From positions 148,311 through 204,366 of the forward strand of contig MFKO01000002.1 of the NCBI GenBank assembly GCA_001779595.1: DNA of 56,056 bases. Direction: 5' to 3'. Below the pieces are notes generated by a model that saw only the letters and a program-made list of their open reading frames with translations, was not told the DNA's origin and ran no database searches. The position numbers were made by a program, and so were the translations under genes. The DNA is from Candidatus Kaiserbacteria bacterium RIFCSPHIGHO2_01_FULL_46_22. GTDB lineage: Bacteria; Patescibacteriota; Minisyncoccia; Phycocordibacterales; UBA918. Below are positions 45,684 to 56,015 of this stretch, piece by piece (the first letter of the stretch is position 1; the number at the start of each line of letters is the position of its first letter).

Positions 45684-48641
45684 ATGAAAGAAGCTAAGGC
45701 CGACAGATCAACATTTGAAGAGGCTTACGCTAAATTGAATAGTCATCAGAAGGCAGCCGTCGATACAATTGATGGACCTGTAATGGTGATCGCCGGACCA
45801 GGTACTGGCAAGACAGAGATATTGGCGCTTCGTATCGCCAATATTCTTTTGCGCACAGACACCAGACCGGAGAACATTCTAGCTCTCACTTTCACTGATG
45901 CTGGAGCACACAATATGCGCAATCGTCTTGCGCGATATATTGGCGCTGACTCTTACCATGTTGCAGTTCATACTTTTCATAGCTTCGCCGGTGAACAAAT
46001 TGGTCGCTACCCAGACGCTTATCCCAGCATCATAGGCGGCAGAGCCGCCAGCGACATCGAAAAGTTGCAGATTATCGAAGAAATCATAAACGATAACGAT
46101 TTCAAACTCCTTCGACCGCATGGTGATCCTTTATATTACGTACGTGAGATTCCTAGGGCGATTAGCGATCTGAAAAAGGAGTATGTTACTCCGGAAATAT
46201 TTGCCGAACGTATCACGGAAGAAGAAACACTACTTGCGTCATTGCCAAAATTACACGAGAAGGGCGCGCATAAAGGAAAGGTACGTAAAGACTATCTGGA
46301 GTTTGAAAAACGAGTGTCCAAACACCGCGAACTTCTTCGAGTTTATCAACTTTATCAAGCTACACTGCGTGACCGACGCTTGTATGACTTTGAAGATATG
46401 ATTGTTGAGACAGTGAAGGCTCTAGAAGGAAATGAGGATATGCTTCGTGACCTGCAGGAAACCTATCAATATATTCTGGCGGATGAACACCAAGACGTTA
46501 ACGAGAGTCAAAACCGTATTCTTGAAATCCTTGCTGACTTTCATGATAGGCCAAACATTTTTGTGGTGGGCGATGAGAAGCAAGCAATATTCCGTTTCCA
46601 GGGTGCATCCCTCAATAACTTTTTGTATTTTCAAGATCGTTTTCCTGGCACCAAAGTCATCGCTCTTACCGACAATTACCGTTCCACTTCAAAAATTCTC
46701 GACCTGTCCTATGAATTAATTAAGACTGACGACGAAATCCTGCGTGATTTGCGCGTTCCTCTTAATGCGGCCGGAGCGGCAAGTTCGGAAACAGGTAGAG
46801 TCGAACACCGAAATTTTCCACATGAGGCCATCGAAGATGAGTGGGTAATTGAGGAAGTGAAAGCGGCACTTGCTTCAGGCACTGCACCAGACGACATTGT
46901 TATCATTACCCGCTACAACCGTGACGTACTGCACTTTACCAATCGCTTGCGACAAAGTGGCATAGAGGCTTCACCGTCCGCCGATATCGATATACTAGAG
47001 CACCCAATAACGTTGTCTGTTGAAACATTAATCCGAGCCGCTTCGCTCATTAATGACGAAAAGGCTCTGTTTGATTGTTTGCTTTGTGGATGCTGGCGGC
47101 TAGAAGCGGGGGATTTGGCACGTGTTTTTGCCGCCCGCTCAACTGAGTGGCCATTGGCTCGTTTGATTGCTGATGCCAACAAGTTAGGTGAGCTTGGCAT
47201 AGAAAATCCATCACCAATACTGAAAGTTGGAGAACTATTGAGTGAGGCTCGTCTAGAAAGTGCCACTAAGCCACCACATCAAGTGCTGCATTTTCTCATC
47301 AAAGAAAGCGGTTTCTTGGACCACATTATGCAAACCGATCCGATTGAAGGAGCCAGCGTACTGCGCCGAGTCTATGACGAGATAGAAACAGCCGTAATTA
47401 GTCAACAGGCCACAACTTTGCGTGAGGTAGCTACTCAGTTCCAGTATCGTCGTCTACACAACTTACCCATCACCGCTCCGTTTGTAATCAGCAATAAAGG
47501 TTCCGTACAAGTGATGACGGTACATAAGTCGAAAGGACTTGAATTTGATACCGTTATCTTGCCTCGGGTGACTGATAAGTGTTTTGGTAAAAGCAGCAAA
47601 CGAGATTTGTTTAAGTTGCCACTTACACAAAATCGATCACAACTCGGAGAAAATGATGAGGAAGACGATGAGCGTCGTCTTCTTTATGTAGCAATGACAC
47701 GAGCAAAAACAAGTCTCTTAGTCAGCGCCGGGGAAATGAATGGAGAGGGTAAACCGCTTGATCTGTCGCGCTTCCTTCCTTCAATTGGACTGGAGTATTT
47801 AAAAACTGTTGACGTTGCCGCGCAAGTTGTTGACTTTGAACCTGCCAAAATATTTGCCAGTAAATCAACCTCCTTCCAACTCACGCCGGAGATTATTAAG
47901 GCACTATTTTTAGCCAGAGGTTTTTCTGTCACGCATCTAAATAATTATTTGGAAGATCCGCAAAAATATTTCTACGACAACTTGCTTCGTCGTCCACAAC
48001 CACGAGCAGTTTCTTTGCTCTTTGGGACAACAGTGCACGAAGTACTAGACCAAGCAGCCTTACACATTTCCAAAAATGGTGTGTTGCCTTCAGATACCTT
48101 AATATCCGACTGGCTTAAAGGTGCACTGCGCAAACTGCCGCTTTCAGTGAGCGAAGACACCTCGTTGCACGAACGAGCCTACTCAGCACTATTGGCTTAT
48201 CTGCCGACACTGGCAAGGAACGTTGGTGAAAAATCTCGTAGTGAATTCTCAGTCAGTACAATATTAAAAACAGATGATCCTGATTTACCAGAAATCCCTC
48301 TAACCGGAAAGCTCGACCGAGTCGACTTCGATGAAGCCGGAAACATAACACGAGTGGCAGACTACAAGACAGGCAAGGCTAAATCTAGAAACGATGTAGC
48401 GGGTGAGACTAAGAGCAGTGACGGAAAGTACAAGCGGCAACTGGTCTTCTATGGTTTGCTGCTTTCTCTATCCAATCCAGACCGACCTCTACCGGCCGAG
48501 TTCACCATATCGTTTGTAGAGCCTAAGGAGAGTGGAGATATCGTGGAGCATACATTTACAGTGACGAGAGATGAGATTGAGGAGCTGAAGGGAGAAGTTA
48601 TTAGAGTGGCTAAAGAAATAATTTCTGGCGAGAAGTTTTAA
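45684..48641 (+). CDS. UvrD/PcrA-family SF1 helicase with C-terminal RecB-like PD-(D/E)xK nuclease
   Basis: AGPGTGKT, ALTFT, DEHQD, VGDEKQAIFRFQGA, NYRS, TVHKSKGLEF, YVAMTRAK; GKLDRVD..DYKTG..QLVFY. Confidence 0.92.
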   Translation: MKEAKADRSTFEEAYAKLNSHQKAAVDTIDGPVMVIAGPGTGKTEILALRIANILLRTDTRPENILALTFTDAGAHNMRNRLARYIGADSYHVAVHTFHSFAGEQIGRYPDAYPSIIGGRAASDIEKLQIIEEIINDNDFKLLRPHGDPLYYVREIPRAISDLKKEYVTPEIFAERITEEETLLASLPKLHEKGAHKGKVRKDYLEFEKRVSKHRELLRVYQLYQATLRDRRLYDFEDMIVETVKALEGNEDMLRDLQETYQYILADEHQDVNESQNRILEILADFHDRPNIFVVGDEKQAIFRFQGASLNNFLYFQDRFPGTKVIALTDNYRSTSKILDLSYELIKTDDEILRDLRVPLNAAGAASSETGRVEHRNFPHEAIEDEWVIEEVKAALASGTAPDDIVIITRYNRDVLHFTNRLRQSGIEASPSADIDILEHPITLSVETLIRAASLINDEKALFDCLLCGCWRLEAGDLARVFAARSTEWPLARLIADANKLGELGIENPSPILKVGELLSEARLESATKPPHQVLHFLIKESGFLDHIMQTDPIEGASVLRRVYDEIETAVISQQATTLREVATQFQYRRLHNLPITAPFVISNKGSVQVMTVHKSKGLEFDTVILPRVTDKCFGKSSKRDLFKLPLTQNRSQLGENDEEDDERRLLYVAMTRAKTSLLVSAGEMNGEGKPLDLSRFLPSIGLEYLKTVDVAAQVVDFEPAKIFASKSTSFQLTPEIIKALFLARGFSVTHLNNYLEDPQKYFYDNLLRRPQPRAVSLLFGTTVHEVLDQAALHISKNGVLPSDTLISDWLKGALRKLPLSVSEDTSLHERAYSALLAYLPTLARNVGEKSRSEFSVSTILKTDDPDLPEIPLTGKLDRVDFDEAGNITRVADYKTGKAKSRNDVAGETKSSDGKYKRQLVFYGLLLSLSNPDRPLPAEFTISFVEPKESGDIVEHTFTVTRDEIEELKGEVIRVAKEIISGEKF

Positions 48642-48680
48642 ACAAAACGGCCGGCCCATTTAGGGCCGGCCGTTTTGTTT
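48640..48680. terminator. Bidirectional terminator
   Basis: 18-bp stem AAACAAAACGGCCGGCCC-ATTTA-GGGCCGGCCGTTTTGTTT. Confidence 0.82.
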
Positions 48681-48721
48681 GTCATTCAATCAAAGGAACG
48701 ACAAGTTATGAAAGAAAAAGG

Positions 48722-49450
48722 TCAGTTCAGTAGTCCGTCAATCATTTGCTTCACTACTTCGTAAGGTTGAGCACCGTTGATCAACAAAGTTTGATCACCG
48801 ATCAAGATAATCGAGTGGGGAGTGCCGCGCCCGCCGGTAGCTATGGCATTTTGCGCATCGGACTCTACCTTAGCTTTGCCGCGTCCACTTTCTAGACAAG
48901 CCTCATAATCAGCTTGGCCAACTCCAGCTATTTCAGCAAACTCAGGCAACCGAGCAACGTTGGTTGGTTCATTGACACTTCGTTCAGCAAAAACTAAATC
49001 TGCGAATTTCCAAAAGGCATCATTGCCACCAATTTGAGCGACACACTCTGAGGCTTCAGCGATGTAGGCCGCGCTTGGGTGCAGGGAAGTGAGTGGGAAG
49101 TGGCGATAAACCCATGCAACATTGCCACCTGGACCATATTCATCAGCTATTGTTTGCATCGTAGTGTGGAATGTCTTGCAGAAAGGACAATCGAAATCCG
49201 AATATTCAATCACCACCAACTTAGCGTTAGGATTACCCCGGATATGATCTCGCTCGGAAACAGGAGTGACTGTAGAAAGTTCAGCGGAATTAACATCTTC
49301 TCCTTCCGGTGTGGTAGTAACCGGCTTATTTCCAGAAAAATAAATAGACGCCGCAATCAGTCCAAAACCGATAACAATCGCTGCTGGTACAGCAAGCGAT
49401 GACCCACCCATAGCGCTACCGCCCACATTTTCATTACTTGATTCATTCAT
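48722..49450 (-). CDS. Membrane-anchored DsbA/BdbD-like thiol-disulfide oxidoreductase
   Basis: EYSDFDCPFC, YRHFPL, GTP; N-terminal TM. Confidence 0.92.
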   Translation of the reverse strand: MNESSNENVGGSAMGGSSLAVPAAIVIGFGLIAASIYFSGNKPVTTTPEGEDVNSAELSTVTPVSERDHIRGNPNAKLVVIEYSDFDCPFCKTFHTTMQTIADEYGPGGNVAWVYRHFPLTSLHPSAAYIAEASECVAQIGGNDAFWKFADLVFAERSVNEPTNVARLPEFAEIAGVGQADYEACLESGRGKAKVESDAQNAIATGGRGTPHSIILIGDQTLLINGAQPYEVVKQMIDGLLN

Positions 49451-49483
49451 ACCGAAGCATTGTAACATGTTAAAATGGCCACT

Positions 49484-50284
49484 ATGGAGAATATTCTGCT
49501 TGGAGCAATGCAAGGATTAACCGAGTTTTTACCCGTTTCTTCTAGTGGGCATTTGGTTCTTTTACACTCGATTTTTGGTGAAGGACCAGGCGATATGGCC
49601 TTTGACGCCGTACTTCAACTGGCCACAGTATTGGCGGTCATAATCTATTTCCGCCGAGACATCTACACTCTCGCGAACACTCTACTGCGCCGTATGTCGC
49701 GCCTACCAGTAAACGAAAAGGAGATTACGTTAGCTTACGCATTAATAATCGGTACGATACCGGCGATTATTGTGGGCTTGCTGCTCGAGAGTTATATGGA
49801 GACCATCTTCCGTAATCCGTTACTTGTAGCCGGAGTATTGGTGGCAGGTTCTATCTTGTTTGTTTTTGCAGAGTGGCATTACAAAAACCATCGTCGTGAT
49901 GATCGTATGACACTCGCTAAAGGGCTTAAGATCGGACTGTTTCAATGTCTTGCTCTAATCCCAGGAATGTCTAGGAGCGGCGCCTCGATCGCTGGCGGTA
50001 TGCTGCTCGGCCTATCACGCTCTGAATCGGCCCGTTTTTCTTTCCTCTTGGCAGTGCCTGTAATTGCCGGTAGTGGACTAAAAAAGCTGCTTGAATTGGC
50101 TACAGCAAGCACCGCTACAGACTGGGGCAGTTTAGCTGTGGCAGGCATCACGGCCTTTTTAGCCGGACTGTTTGCTATTCATTTTATGCTTTCGTTTGTC
50201 CGCCGACATACTCTCTGGCCGTTTATTTGGTACCGCTTGGTACTAGCATCGGTTGTTGTGTTAGCCGTTTATTTTGGGCAATAG
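49484..50284 (+). CDS. uppP: Undecaprenyl-diphosphate phosphatase
   Basis: QGLTEFLPVSSSGHL, PGMSRSGASI, ARFSFLLAVP. Confidence 0.96.
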   Translation: MENILLGAMQGLTEFLPVSSSGHLVLLHSIFGEGPGDMAFDAVLQLATVLAVIIYFRRDIYTLANTLLRRMSRLPVNEKEITLAYALIIGTIPAIIVGLLLESYMETIFRNPLLVAGVLVAGSILFVFAEWHYKNHRRDDRMTLAKGLKIGLFQCLALIPGMSRSGASIAGGMLLGLSRSESARFSFLLAVPVIAGSGLKKLLELATASTATDWGSLAVAGITAFLAGLFAIHFMLSFVRRHTLWPFIWYRLVLASVVVLAVYFGQ

Positions 50285-50335
50285 AAAACGCCTCCCGTGC
50301 TAAGAGAGGCGCCAAAACTTGTACCGTGTGTGAAG

Positions 50336-50653
50336 CTACGAACCGGTGCCGCGCATAACCTGTCTGACGCGATCGATTGATTCGAGTGACTCTAGGTGTT
50401 TACACTTTTTCTTGTAGTGAGACAATTCCAAGAGAACATGCGTCACTTCGAATGCAGTCATTAGCAAGACAACAATCAGTGCCCCTACCTCGAACCAAAG
50501 CCCTCGGTAAGGGTCTAGACCAAGAAAGAAAATATGAAACGCTGACACTGACACAAGAACTGGAAGAGTGACCTTATGAGGTGCCATCATACTAAAAAAT
50601 AGCACCATTGATATGACCAAGGTCACTAGTCCGACAATTTGGAGAATCCACAT
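50336..50653 (-). CDS. Hypothetical membrane protein (3 TM)
   Basis: 105-aa hydrophobic ORF, GGGAG upstream. Confidence 0.65.
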   Translation of the reverse strand: MWILQIVGLVTLVISMVLFFSMMAPHKVTLPVLVSVSAFHIFFLGLDPYRGLWFEVGALIVVLLMTAFEVTHVLLELSHYKKKCKHLESLESIDRVRQVMRGTGS

Positions 50654-50709
50654 CTTACCGTCTCCCGTTAAGAACCTGAAGATAAAATACCCTCCATCGA
50701 CGTCTTTGT

Positions 50710-51285
50710 CTAGAAAGGTAGAGCGTGCGTCATTGAAACATCTTCTTTATCACCCCACTTAGAAGTGTCGAGTGGAATCTCTCGTTTCTTACTACCGTCT
50801 TTAAATTTTACGTGTCCGTTTTTAAGAGCGTATTCAAAAACCTGTCTGGTGACCTTCACATCCTGAAGACAATACTTCTTTACCTCATCGACTTTACCTT
50901 CGCGCCACCAGCGGACGGCCTGCAGGCCGTCCGCACTTTTCTTCGCACCCACTGTAGCAGAAGCCACACTGTCTAGTTTCAATCGGCGACCAAGTGATTC
51001 TCTAATCGACTCCAAAATATCAATGCTCTTGATGTGTCGCAGATCACCAGGGTAGTACTTATTAAGTAAAGGGATATCAAAGTGGTTGGAGTTGTAACCA
51101 ACCAAAGCGTCTGCACCTTCGATTACAGGCCAAATGGACGATAGTTCATCTACAGTGACCGCGTAATAACGATCCGCCTCGCTGTCATAAAAACAACCGA
51201 CGGAGATATCTAAACTGGCCGGATCATTTACACCGACATCAGAAAAATAATTTTGGGTCTCCAAATCAAAAACAACGTAACGCAT
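50710..51285 (-). CDS. RNase H-like DEDD exonuclease (RNase_H_2/YprB-like)
   Basis: FDLET, VGYNSNHFDIP, YCLQDV. Confidence 0.85.
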   Translation of the reverse strand: MRYVVFDLETQNYFSDVGVNDPASLDISVGCFYDSEADRYYAVTVDELSSIWPVIEGADALVGYNSNHFDIPLLNKYYPGDLRHIKSIDILESIRESLGRRLKLDSVASATVGAKKSADGLQAVRWWREGKVDEVKKYCLQDVKVTRQVFEYALKNGHVKFKDGSKKREIPLDTSKWGDKEDVSMTHALPF

Positions 51286-51294
51286 CGTAAAGAG

Positions 51295-52542
51295 TTAAAC
51301 GGCCAGTCTTTGTGCCAAGTCCTCCAGTGTACCAGACATCTCTGTACCATCGGCGAGGTTCTTTAGAACGTACTCGCCACGAGCTACCTCATCTTCACCA
51401 ACGACCAAAATATAACCGGCTCCAGAGTGATCGGCAGCGGCTACTTTCTTACCCAGCTTCTTGGTAGAGATATCTACCAAAGTCGAAGCACCAACAGCAC
51501 GCAATCTCATTGCTGCTTTTTCTCCATCAATATTGAACTCGGCTTCAGTAGGAATAACGATCACAAGCGCACCGGCCTTTTTACTTGGAAGCAAGTCGTG
51601 TGTTTCCAAAAAGTCGCGCATTGTCACATCTCCCATGCCGAAACCAACGCCGCTGATTGATTCACCACCAAAGAGTTCAGTGAGGTTATCGTACCGGCCA
51701 CCACCCAACATAGAACGATTGTTTTCTGGGTCGGTATCAAAGAATTCAAAAATAGTGCCTGTGTAGTAATCGAATCCGCGCGCCAGAGAACGATCGACTT
51801 TAACGTTATTTATACCAATCGCATTAAGAGCGCGAGTTACTTCGTTTCCACTCTGACTACTTTCTTCCAAGTGATCCAGTATGGCATCAGCCGCACCAGG
51901 CACAATCAAACGTAACTCCGAAAGATAGTCTGAACGGTCAATTTTATGAAACCGGTCATTGAGTCGAGTCACCTTAGCAACACTTTCCTCGTCAATCACA
52001 CCTAGTGAAGCGTAAAAATCTTTCATTTCACGACGATCGTTGACGCGAATCTCAAACATTTCCGGACGAGCACCGAAATTAATAATGGTCTGATAGGCGA
52101 GAGCGATTATTTCCACATCAGTAACCACTTCAGTTGAGCCAAAGATGTCACAGTTGAGCTGCCAGTGTTCACGCACGCGACCACGCTGAGTGCGCTCGTA
52201 CCGGAAAAGATTAGGTATTGAGTACCAGCGAACAGGGAAGGCAAGCTCTTTGCTCTTGCCAGCAATCATTCTGGCTACCGAAGGAGTCATCTCAGGACGA
52301 AGGGTCACCTCACGATCACCACGATCAGTGAAGGTGTAGGTCTGCTCATTGACCATTTCCTCGTTGGCGGCACCCTTGCTCTTGTATAGCTCGGACGATT
52401 CGAGGACCGATGCGTCATAGCGTTCAAAACCGAAGGATTCTGCTGTACGGCTCCAAGTATTGAAGATGTGCTGCTGTACAGCCATATCTTCCGGATAAAA
52501 GTCTCGTACACCCTTATATGGGTCAGTCGGAAGGTGTTTCAT
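51295..52542 (-). CDS. hisS: Histidyl-tRNA synthetase
   Basis: KGVRDFYP, LRPEMTPS, FRYERTQRGRVRE, RGFDYYTG, GGGRYD, GFGMG. Confidence 0.97.
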   Translation of the reverse strand: MKHLPTDPYKGVRDFYPEDMAVQQHIFNTWSRTAESFGFERYDASVLESSELYKSKGAANEEMVNEQTYTFTDRGDREVTLRPEMTPSVARMIAGKSKELAFPVRWYSIPNLFRYERTQRGRVREHWQLNCDIFGSTEVVTDVEIIALAYQTIINFGARPEMFEIRVNDRREMKDFYASLGVIDEESVAKVTRLNDRFHKIDRSDYLSELRLIVPGAADAILDHLEESSQSGNEVTRALNAIGINNVKVDRSLARGFDYYTGTIFEFFDTDPENNRSMLGGGRYDNLTELFGGESISGVGFGMGDVTMRDFLETHDLLPSKKAGALVIVIPTEAEFNIDGEKAAMRLRAVGASTLVDISTKKLGKKVAAADHSGAGYILVVGEDEVARGEYVLKNLADGTEMSGTLEDLAQRLAV

Positions 52543-52605
52543 AAATCCCCCAAATTGTAGCAAATTAGGAGGCCTGGCGGAAGCTGGATTTGTTATACTT
52601 ACACC

Positions 52606-53226
52606 ATGAAAGAAAGGATAGACGTCTTGTACATACACGGCGGAAACACGTTTGTTAATGACAAAGACTATTTAGACTATCTCAGGACGAAGAAAGTACC
52701 CTTAGGGAAAATAGTTAAATGGAATGGAGATAATTTCCAAGACGATCTTGGACCTAATTTCCGTGTCACCTGGCCGCGAATGCCCCTTCAAGACAATGCT
52801 CGTTACCGTGACTGGAAGATTATGTTTGAAAATTATTTACCACTTCTAAAAGGTAAATACATCTTGGTTGGCGGTTCTCTTGGTGGCATTTTTCTCGCTA
52901 AGTACCTTTCAGAAAACAAATTGTCGAAAAAACCTATCTCTGTGTACTTCGTCTGCCCACCATTTGATGACACCGTGCCCGGTCATCGACTAGCTGGTAA
53001 TTTTAAACTCAAAAATGACCTATCGTTGATTGAAGAGAACTGCAATAAATTATACTTTTTGTTTTCAGAGGATGACGATGTGGTGCCAGTTTCCCACGCT
53101 GAAAAATATAGAGTTAAATTGCCGAAGGCTAAAGTTGCGATTTATAAGAGCAAGAATGGACATTTTCTCATCAAAAAGTTTCCTGAAATTGTGAAGATGA
53201 TTAAAGCTGACGCTTTAGTAAAGTAG
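52606..53226 (+). CDS. Alpha/beta hydrolase (RBBP9/YdeN-like)
   Basis: IHGG, GGSLGG nucleophile elbow, SEDDDVVP, GHF. Confidence 0.85.
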   Translation: MKERIDVLYIHGGNTFVNDKDYLDYLRTKKVPLGKIVKWNGDNFQDDLGPNFRVTWPRMPLQDNARYRDWKIMFENYLPLLKGKYILVGGSLGGIFLAKYLSENKLSKKPISVYFVCPPFDDTVPGHRLAGNFKLKNDLSLIEENCNKLYFLFSEDDDVVPVSHAEKYRVKLPKAKVAIYKSKNGHFLIKKFPEIVKMIKADALVK

Positions 53227-53231
53227 GAGGT

Positions 53232-53978
53232 CTAGATTTTCAACACTGAATACCTTTCCATATCGTACTGATCAAGCAGAGTTTGAACAGCCTTAAAGTG
53301 AATGTCTGCAAGTTTTGAAATCATTTCAGATTGTTCTGGTTCGTGTTCGATCCAGAGTTGGCCGCTGGGTGATAGGTGTTGAGGTGCTTCTGCAATAATT
53401 CGGGCAATTAGTTCCATTCCGTCTGTGCCTCCATACAGAGCCAAATGTGGTTCGAAGTTTTTTACATTCTGCTCTGTGCGGTCTAGAGACGGGTCGATGT
53501 ATGGAGGGTTGGTGAGAATAAAATCGTATTGGTCGGTAATATTTTCAAACAGATCGCCGGCAATAATCCGCACCCGACTGGAATCAATATTATTTTCCTT
53601 AATATTACGCTCAATAGTAGCGGTGTGTTGCTGATCCATCTCTGCAAAATCAACTAGCGACTGCGGCATATGCTTGGCGACAGCAATACCGATTGCGCCT
53701 GAGCCAGCACAAAGGTCGAGGATGCGAAGCGGTCGGTCCGCAGAGCCGACTGCTTCTTTCATCGTCTCAATCGCCTTCAGTGTCCAAAATTCCGTCTCAG
53801 GGCGGGGGATTAGAGGTTGTGAATCCAAGTGAATAACACAGCCGAGAAAAGGGACGTGTCCGATGACGTAACCGAGCGGCTCGCCGGAAGCGAGTCGCTT
53901 CAGATCGATGAAAAAACCTTCGGTTTTTTCACCTTGATATTTCTCATTTAACAACCAATCTATCTCTTGTCTTTCCAT
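53232..53978 (-). CDS. prmC: Release-factor glutamine methyltransferase (HemK/PrmC)
   Basis: GEPLGYVIG, LIPRPETE, DLCAGSGAIG, NPPY. Confidence 0.93.
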   Translation of the reverse strand: MERQEIDWLLNEKYQGEKTEGFFIDLKRLASGEPLGYVIGHVPFLGCVIHLDSQPLIPRPETEFWTLKAIETMKEAVGSADRPLRILDLCAGSGAIGIAVAKHMPQSLVDFAEMDQQHTATIERNIKENNIDSSRVRIIAGDLFENITDQYDFILTNPPYIDPSLDRTEQNVKNFEPHLALYGGTDGMELIARIIAEAPQHLSPSGQLWIEHEPEQSEMISKLADIHFKAVQTLLDQYDMERYSVLKI

Positions 53979-54033
53979 AGATTCGTGTTAGTTTGCACGC
54001 AGTGCAGCAACTAGTCAACGGAGGGAACAGTCC

Positions 54034-54426
54034 ATGACGAAGATCTTTTTGGAAATCACGAGCAAATCTAACCTTGGCAAACGCGAGTACTTGCCAGACG
54101 CACCAATAGATCTGATCGCCAGGGTTGACACCCTGATCGAGCCTACAGAGCGCGGCATTTTGCGTCTATGGATTTATGACGGAAACGCGAAAGCCGGCAG
54201 CATCATCCTTGGATGGACAATGGTCGTCGAACACCACGACCCCAAATGTGGGAAATTCCTCTGGGCAAATGCAGAGTTCGACGGCGTCTACATGAGGGAT
54301 GGTATTGGAAACCACCGGGGTCATGAGTTAATCGTAAATGCGATGACGAGTTGTGATTGGTTGGTGCAAGAAGATCCAGAAATCGATCGCGACCGCTGGA
54401 TGCGGAAGATAATTGAAGGTTCGTAA
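54034..54426 (+). CDS. Hypothetical protein (130 aa)
   Basis: GGAGG SD; followed by hairpin at 54438-54463. Confidence 0.65.
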   Translation: MTKIFLEITSKSNLGKREYLPDAPIDLIARVDTLIEPTERGILRLWIYDGNAKAGSIILGWTMVVEHHDPKCGKFLWANAEFDGVYMRDGIGNHRGHELIVNAMTSCDWLVQEDPEIDRDRWMRKIIEGS

Positions 54427-54437
54427 CACGAATTTGA

Positions 54438-54470
54438 CCACCGGCGCATATGCGCGCCGGTGGCATTTTT
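54438..54470 (+). terminator. Intrinsic terminator
   Basis: CCACCGGCGC/GCGCCGGTGG followed by CATTTTT. Confidence 0.65.
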
Positions 54471-54505
54471 AATTCATTTCTTGACTGATTTGTTATAATA
54501 GACAG

Positions 54506-55243
54506 ATGTCTAACTTTCCAGCTCTAGAAATCAAAAACCTGGTCAAAAAATATGGCGAAAAGGTGGCTGTAGATAACATCTCGCTCACCATTCCCAAAGG
54601 GAGCTTTTTCGGCCTATTGGGACCAAATGGAGCCGGTAAATCGACCACCATTCATTCAATTACCGGTATTACTCAGCCCACCTCCGGACAGATATTGGTA
54701 GACGGGGTTGATGTGGTGAAGGAATACAAATTAGCACGTACTAAAGTCGGCCTTTCACCACAGGAATTTAATGTGGATATTTTTGCCACACCTGAACAGC
54801 TAATGGACTACATGGGCGGTTACTACGGCATTCCACACGACATCCGCAAGGCCCGTATAGATGAACTCATAAAACGTTTTGATTTGGAAGAACATCGAAA
54901 GGTGAAGTTTCAAAAACTTTCTGGTGGCCTCAAGCGCCGTGCCATGCTCGGTCGCGCCCTCATCCACACTCCTGACCTGCTTATTCTAGATGAGCCAACG
55001 GCTGGAGTGGATGTAATGCAGAGACATGATCTCTGGGCCTACCTCAAGGAAATGAACGAGGGTGGCAAGACAATCATCCTTACTTCTCACTATTTGGAAG
55101 AAATTCAGTATCTCTGCAATGACATTGCAATCATCAACCACGGTCGCATTATCGCGCATGGCACCAAAGAAGAGTTTATGAAGGAAGGGAAGTCGATTGA
55201 ACAAACCTACCTGGAGATTATCAAGAGTGAAAAAACCATTTAG
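54506..55243 (+). CDS. ABC transporter ATP-binding protein (YadG-like)
   Basis: GPNGAGKS, LSGG, ILDEPTAG, SHY; TGTTATAAT 6 nt before ATG. Confidence 0.93.
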   Translation: MSNFPALEIKNLVKKYGEKVAVDNISLTIPKGSFFGLLGPNGAGKSTTIHSITGITQPTSGQILVDGVDVVKEYKLARTKVGLSPQEFNVDIFATPEQLMDYMGGYYGIPHDIRKARIDELIKRFDLEEHRKVKFQKLSGGLKRRAMLGRALIHTPDLLILDEPTAGVDVMQRHDLWAYLKEMNEGGKTIILTSHYLEEIQYLCNDIAIINHGRIIAHGTKEEFMKEGKSIEQTYLEIIKSEKTI

Positions 55244-55247
55244 CAAT

Positions 55248-56015
55248 ATGAATATGAATTGGATTGGTTTATACACAATGTTGCGGCGTGAGATACAACG
55301 CACTTTCCGCGTGGTCATTCAGACTTTAGTGGCGCCAGTGATTTCGGCCGCTTTATACATCTTTATCTTCGGCAGTGTAATCGGCACCCGCATCGATGAT
55401 TTCTCTGGAGTTCCATATATTTCATTCGTCTTTCCGGGTGTCTTGATGCTGTCCATCATCAATGCGTCTTTTGCTTCAGCTTCAAGCTCCTTGTACTTCA
55501 TGCGCTTCACCCGAGGCATCGAGGAAATCTTAATCGCGCCATTCTCCTACGTTGAAATGTTGGTGGGCTTTGTGGGAAGTGCGGTGACCCGTGCTTTGTT
55601 AGTGGCATTTCTAATTCTTGGTGTTGGTATGCTCTTCGGAGCCATAACTTTGGTGCATCCTTTATGGTTTGTGTTCTATATCGCGGCGATCGCAGCTATT
55701 TTTGCGATGCTTGGGATTATCATCGCGCTCTGGGCAGAAAGTTTCGAACAACTCCAAGTCCTCAACACCTTCGTAATCACTCCACTTACTTATCTTGGTG
55801 GAATATTTTACTCAATCACTTTCTTGCCACCTCTCGCTGCTTCACTCACCCGTGCTAATCCATTCTTCTACTTCGCAGATGGAGTACGCAGCAGCATGAT
55901 CGGTTATACAGAAGCCGATAGCACAATCGGTCTGGTTGTAATCATCGGGTTAGTAGTTTTCCTTGGTGGATTGGTGATACACCTATTCCGTTCTGGTTGG
56001 AAAATCCGCACCTAG
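55248..56015 (+). CDS. ABC-2 type permease (YadH-like)
   Basis: RREIQR..QTLVAPVISAALY, TPLTYLGGIFYS, NPFFY; 6 TM. Confidence 0.92.
   Translation: MNMNWIGLYTMLRREIQRTFRVVIQTLVAPVISAALYIFIFGSVIGTRIDDFSGVPYISFVFPGVLMLSIINASFASASSSLYFMRFTRGIEEILIAPFSYVEMLVGFVGSAVTRALLVAFLILGVGMLFGAITLVHPLWFVFYIAAIAAIFAMLGIIIALWAESFEQLQVLNTFVITPLTYLGGIFYSITFLPPLAASLTRANPFFYFADGVRSSMIGYTEADSTIGLVVIIGLVVFLGGLVIHLFRSGWKIRT

Noticed and set aside
52543-52605. T-box upstream of hisS (also checked for pheS)
   Set aside because: No GGTGGNACC box or terminator; the intergenic space is too short and holds only divergent promoters.
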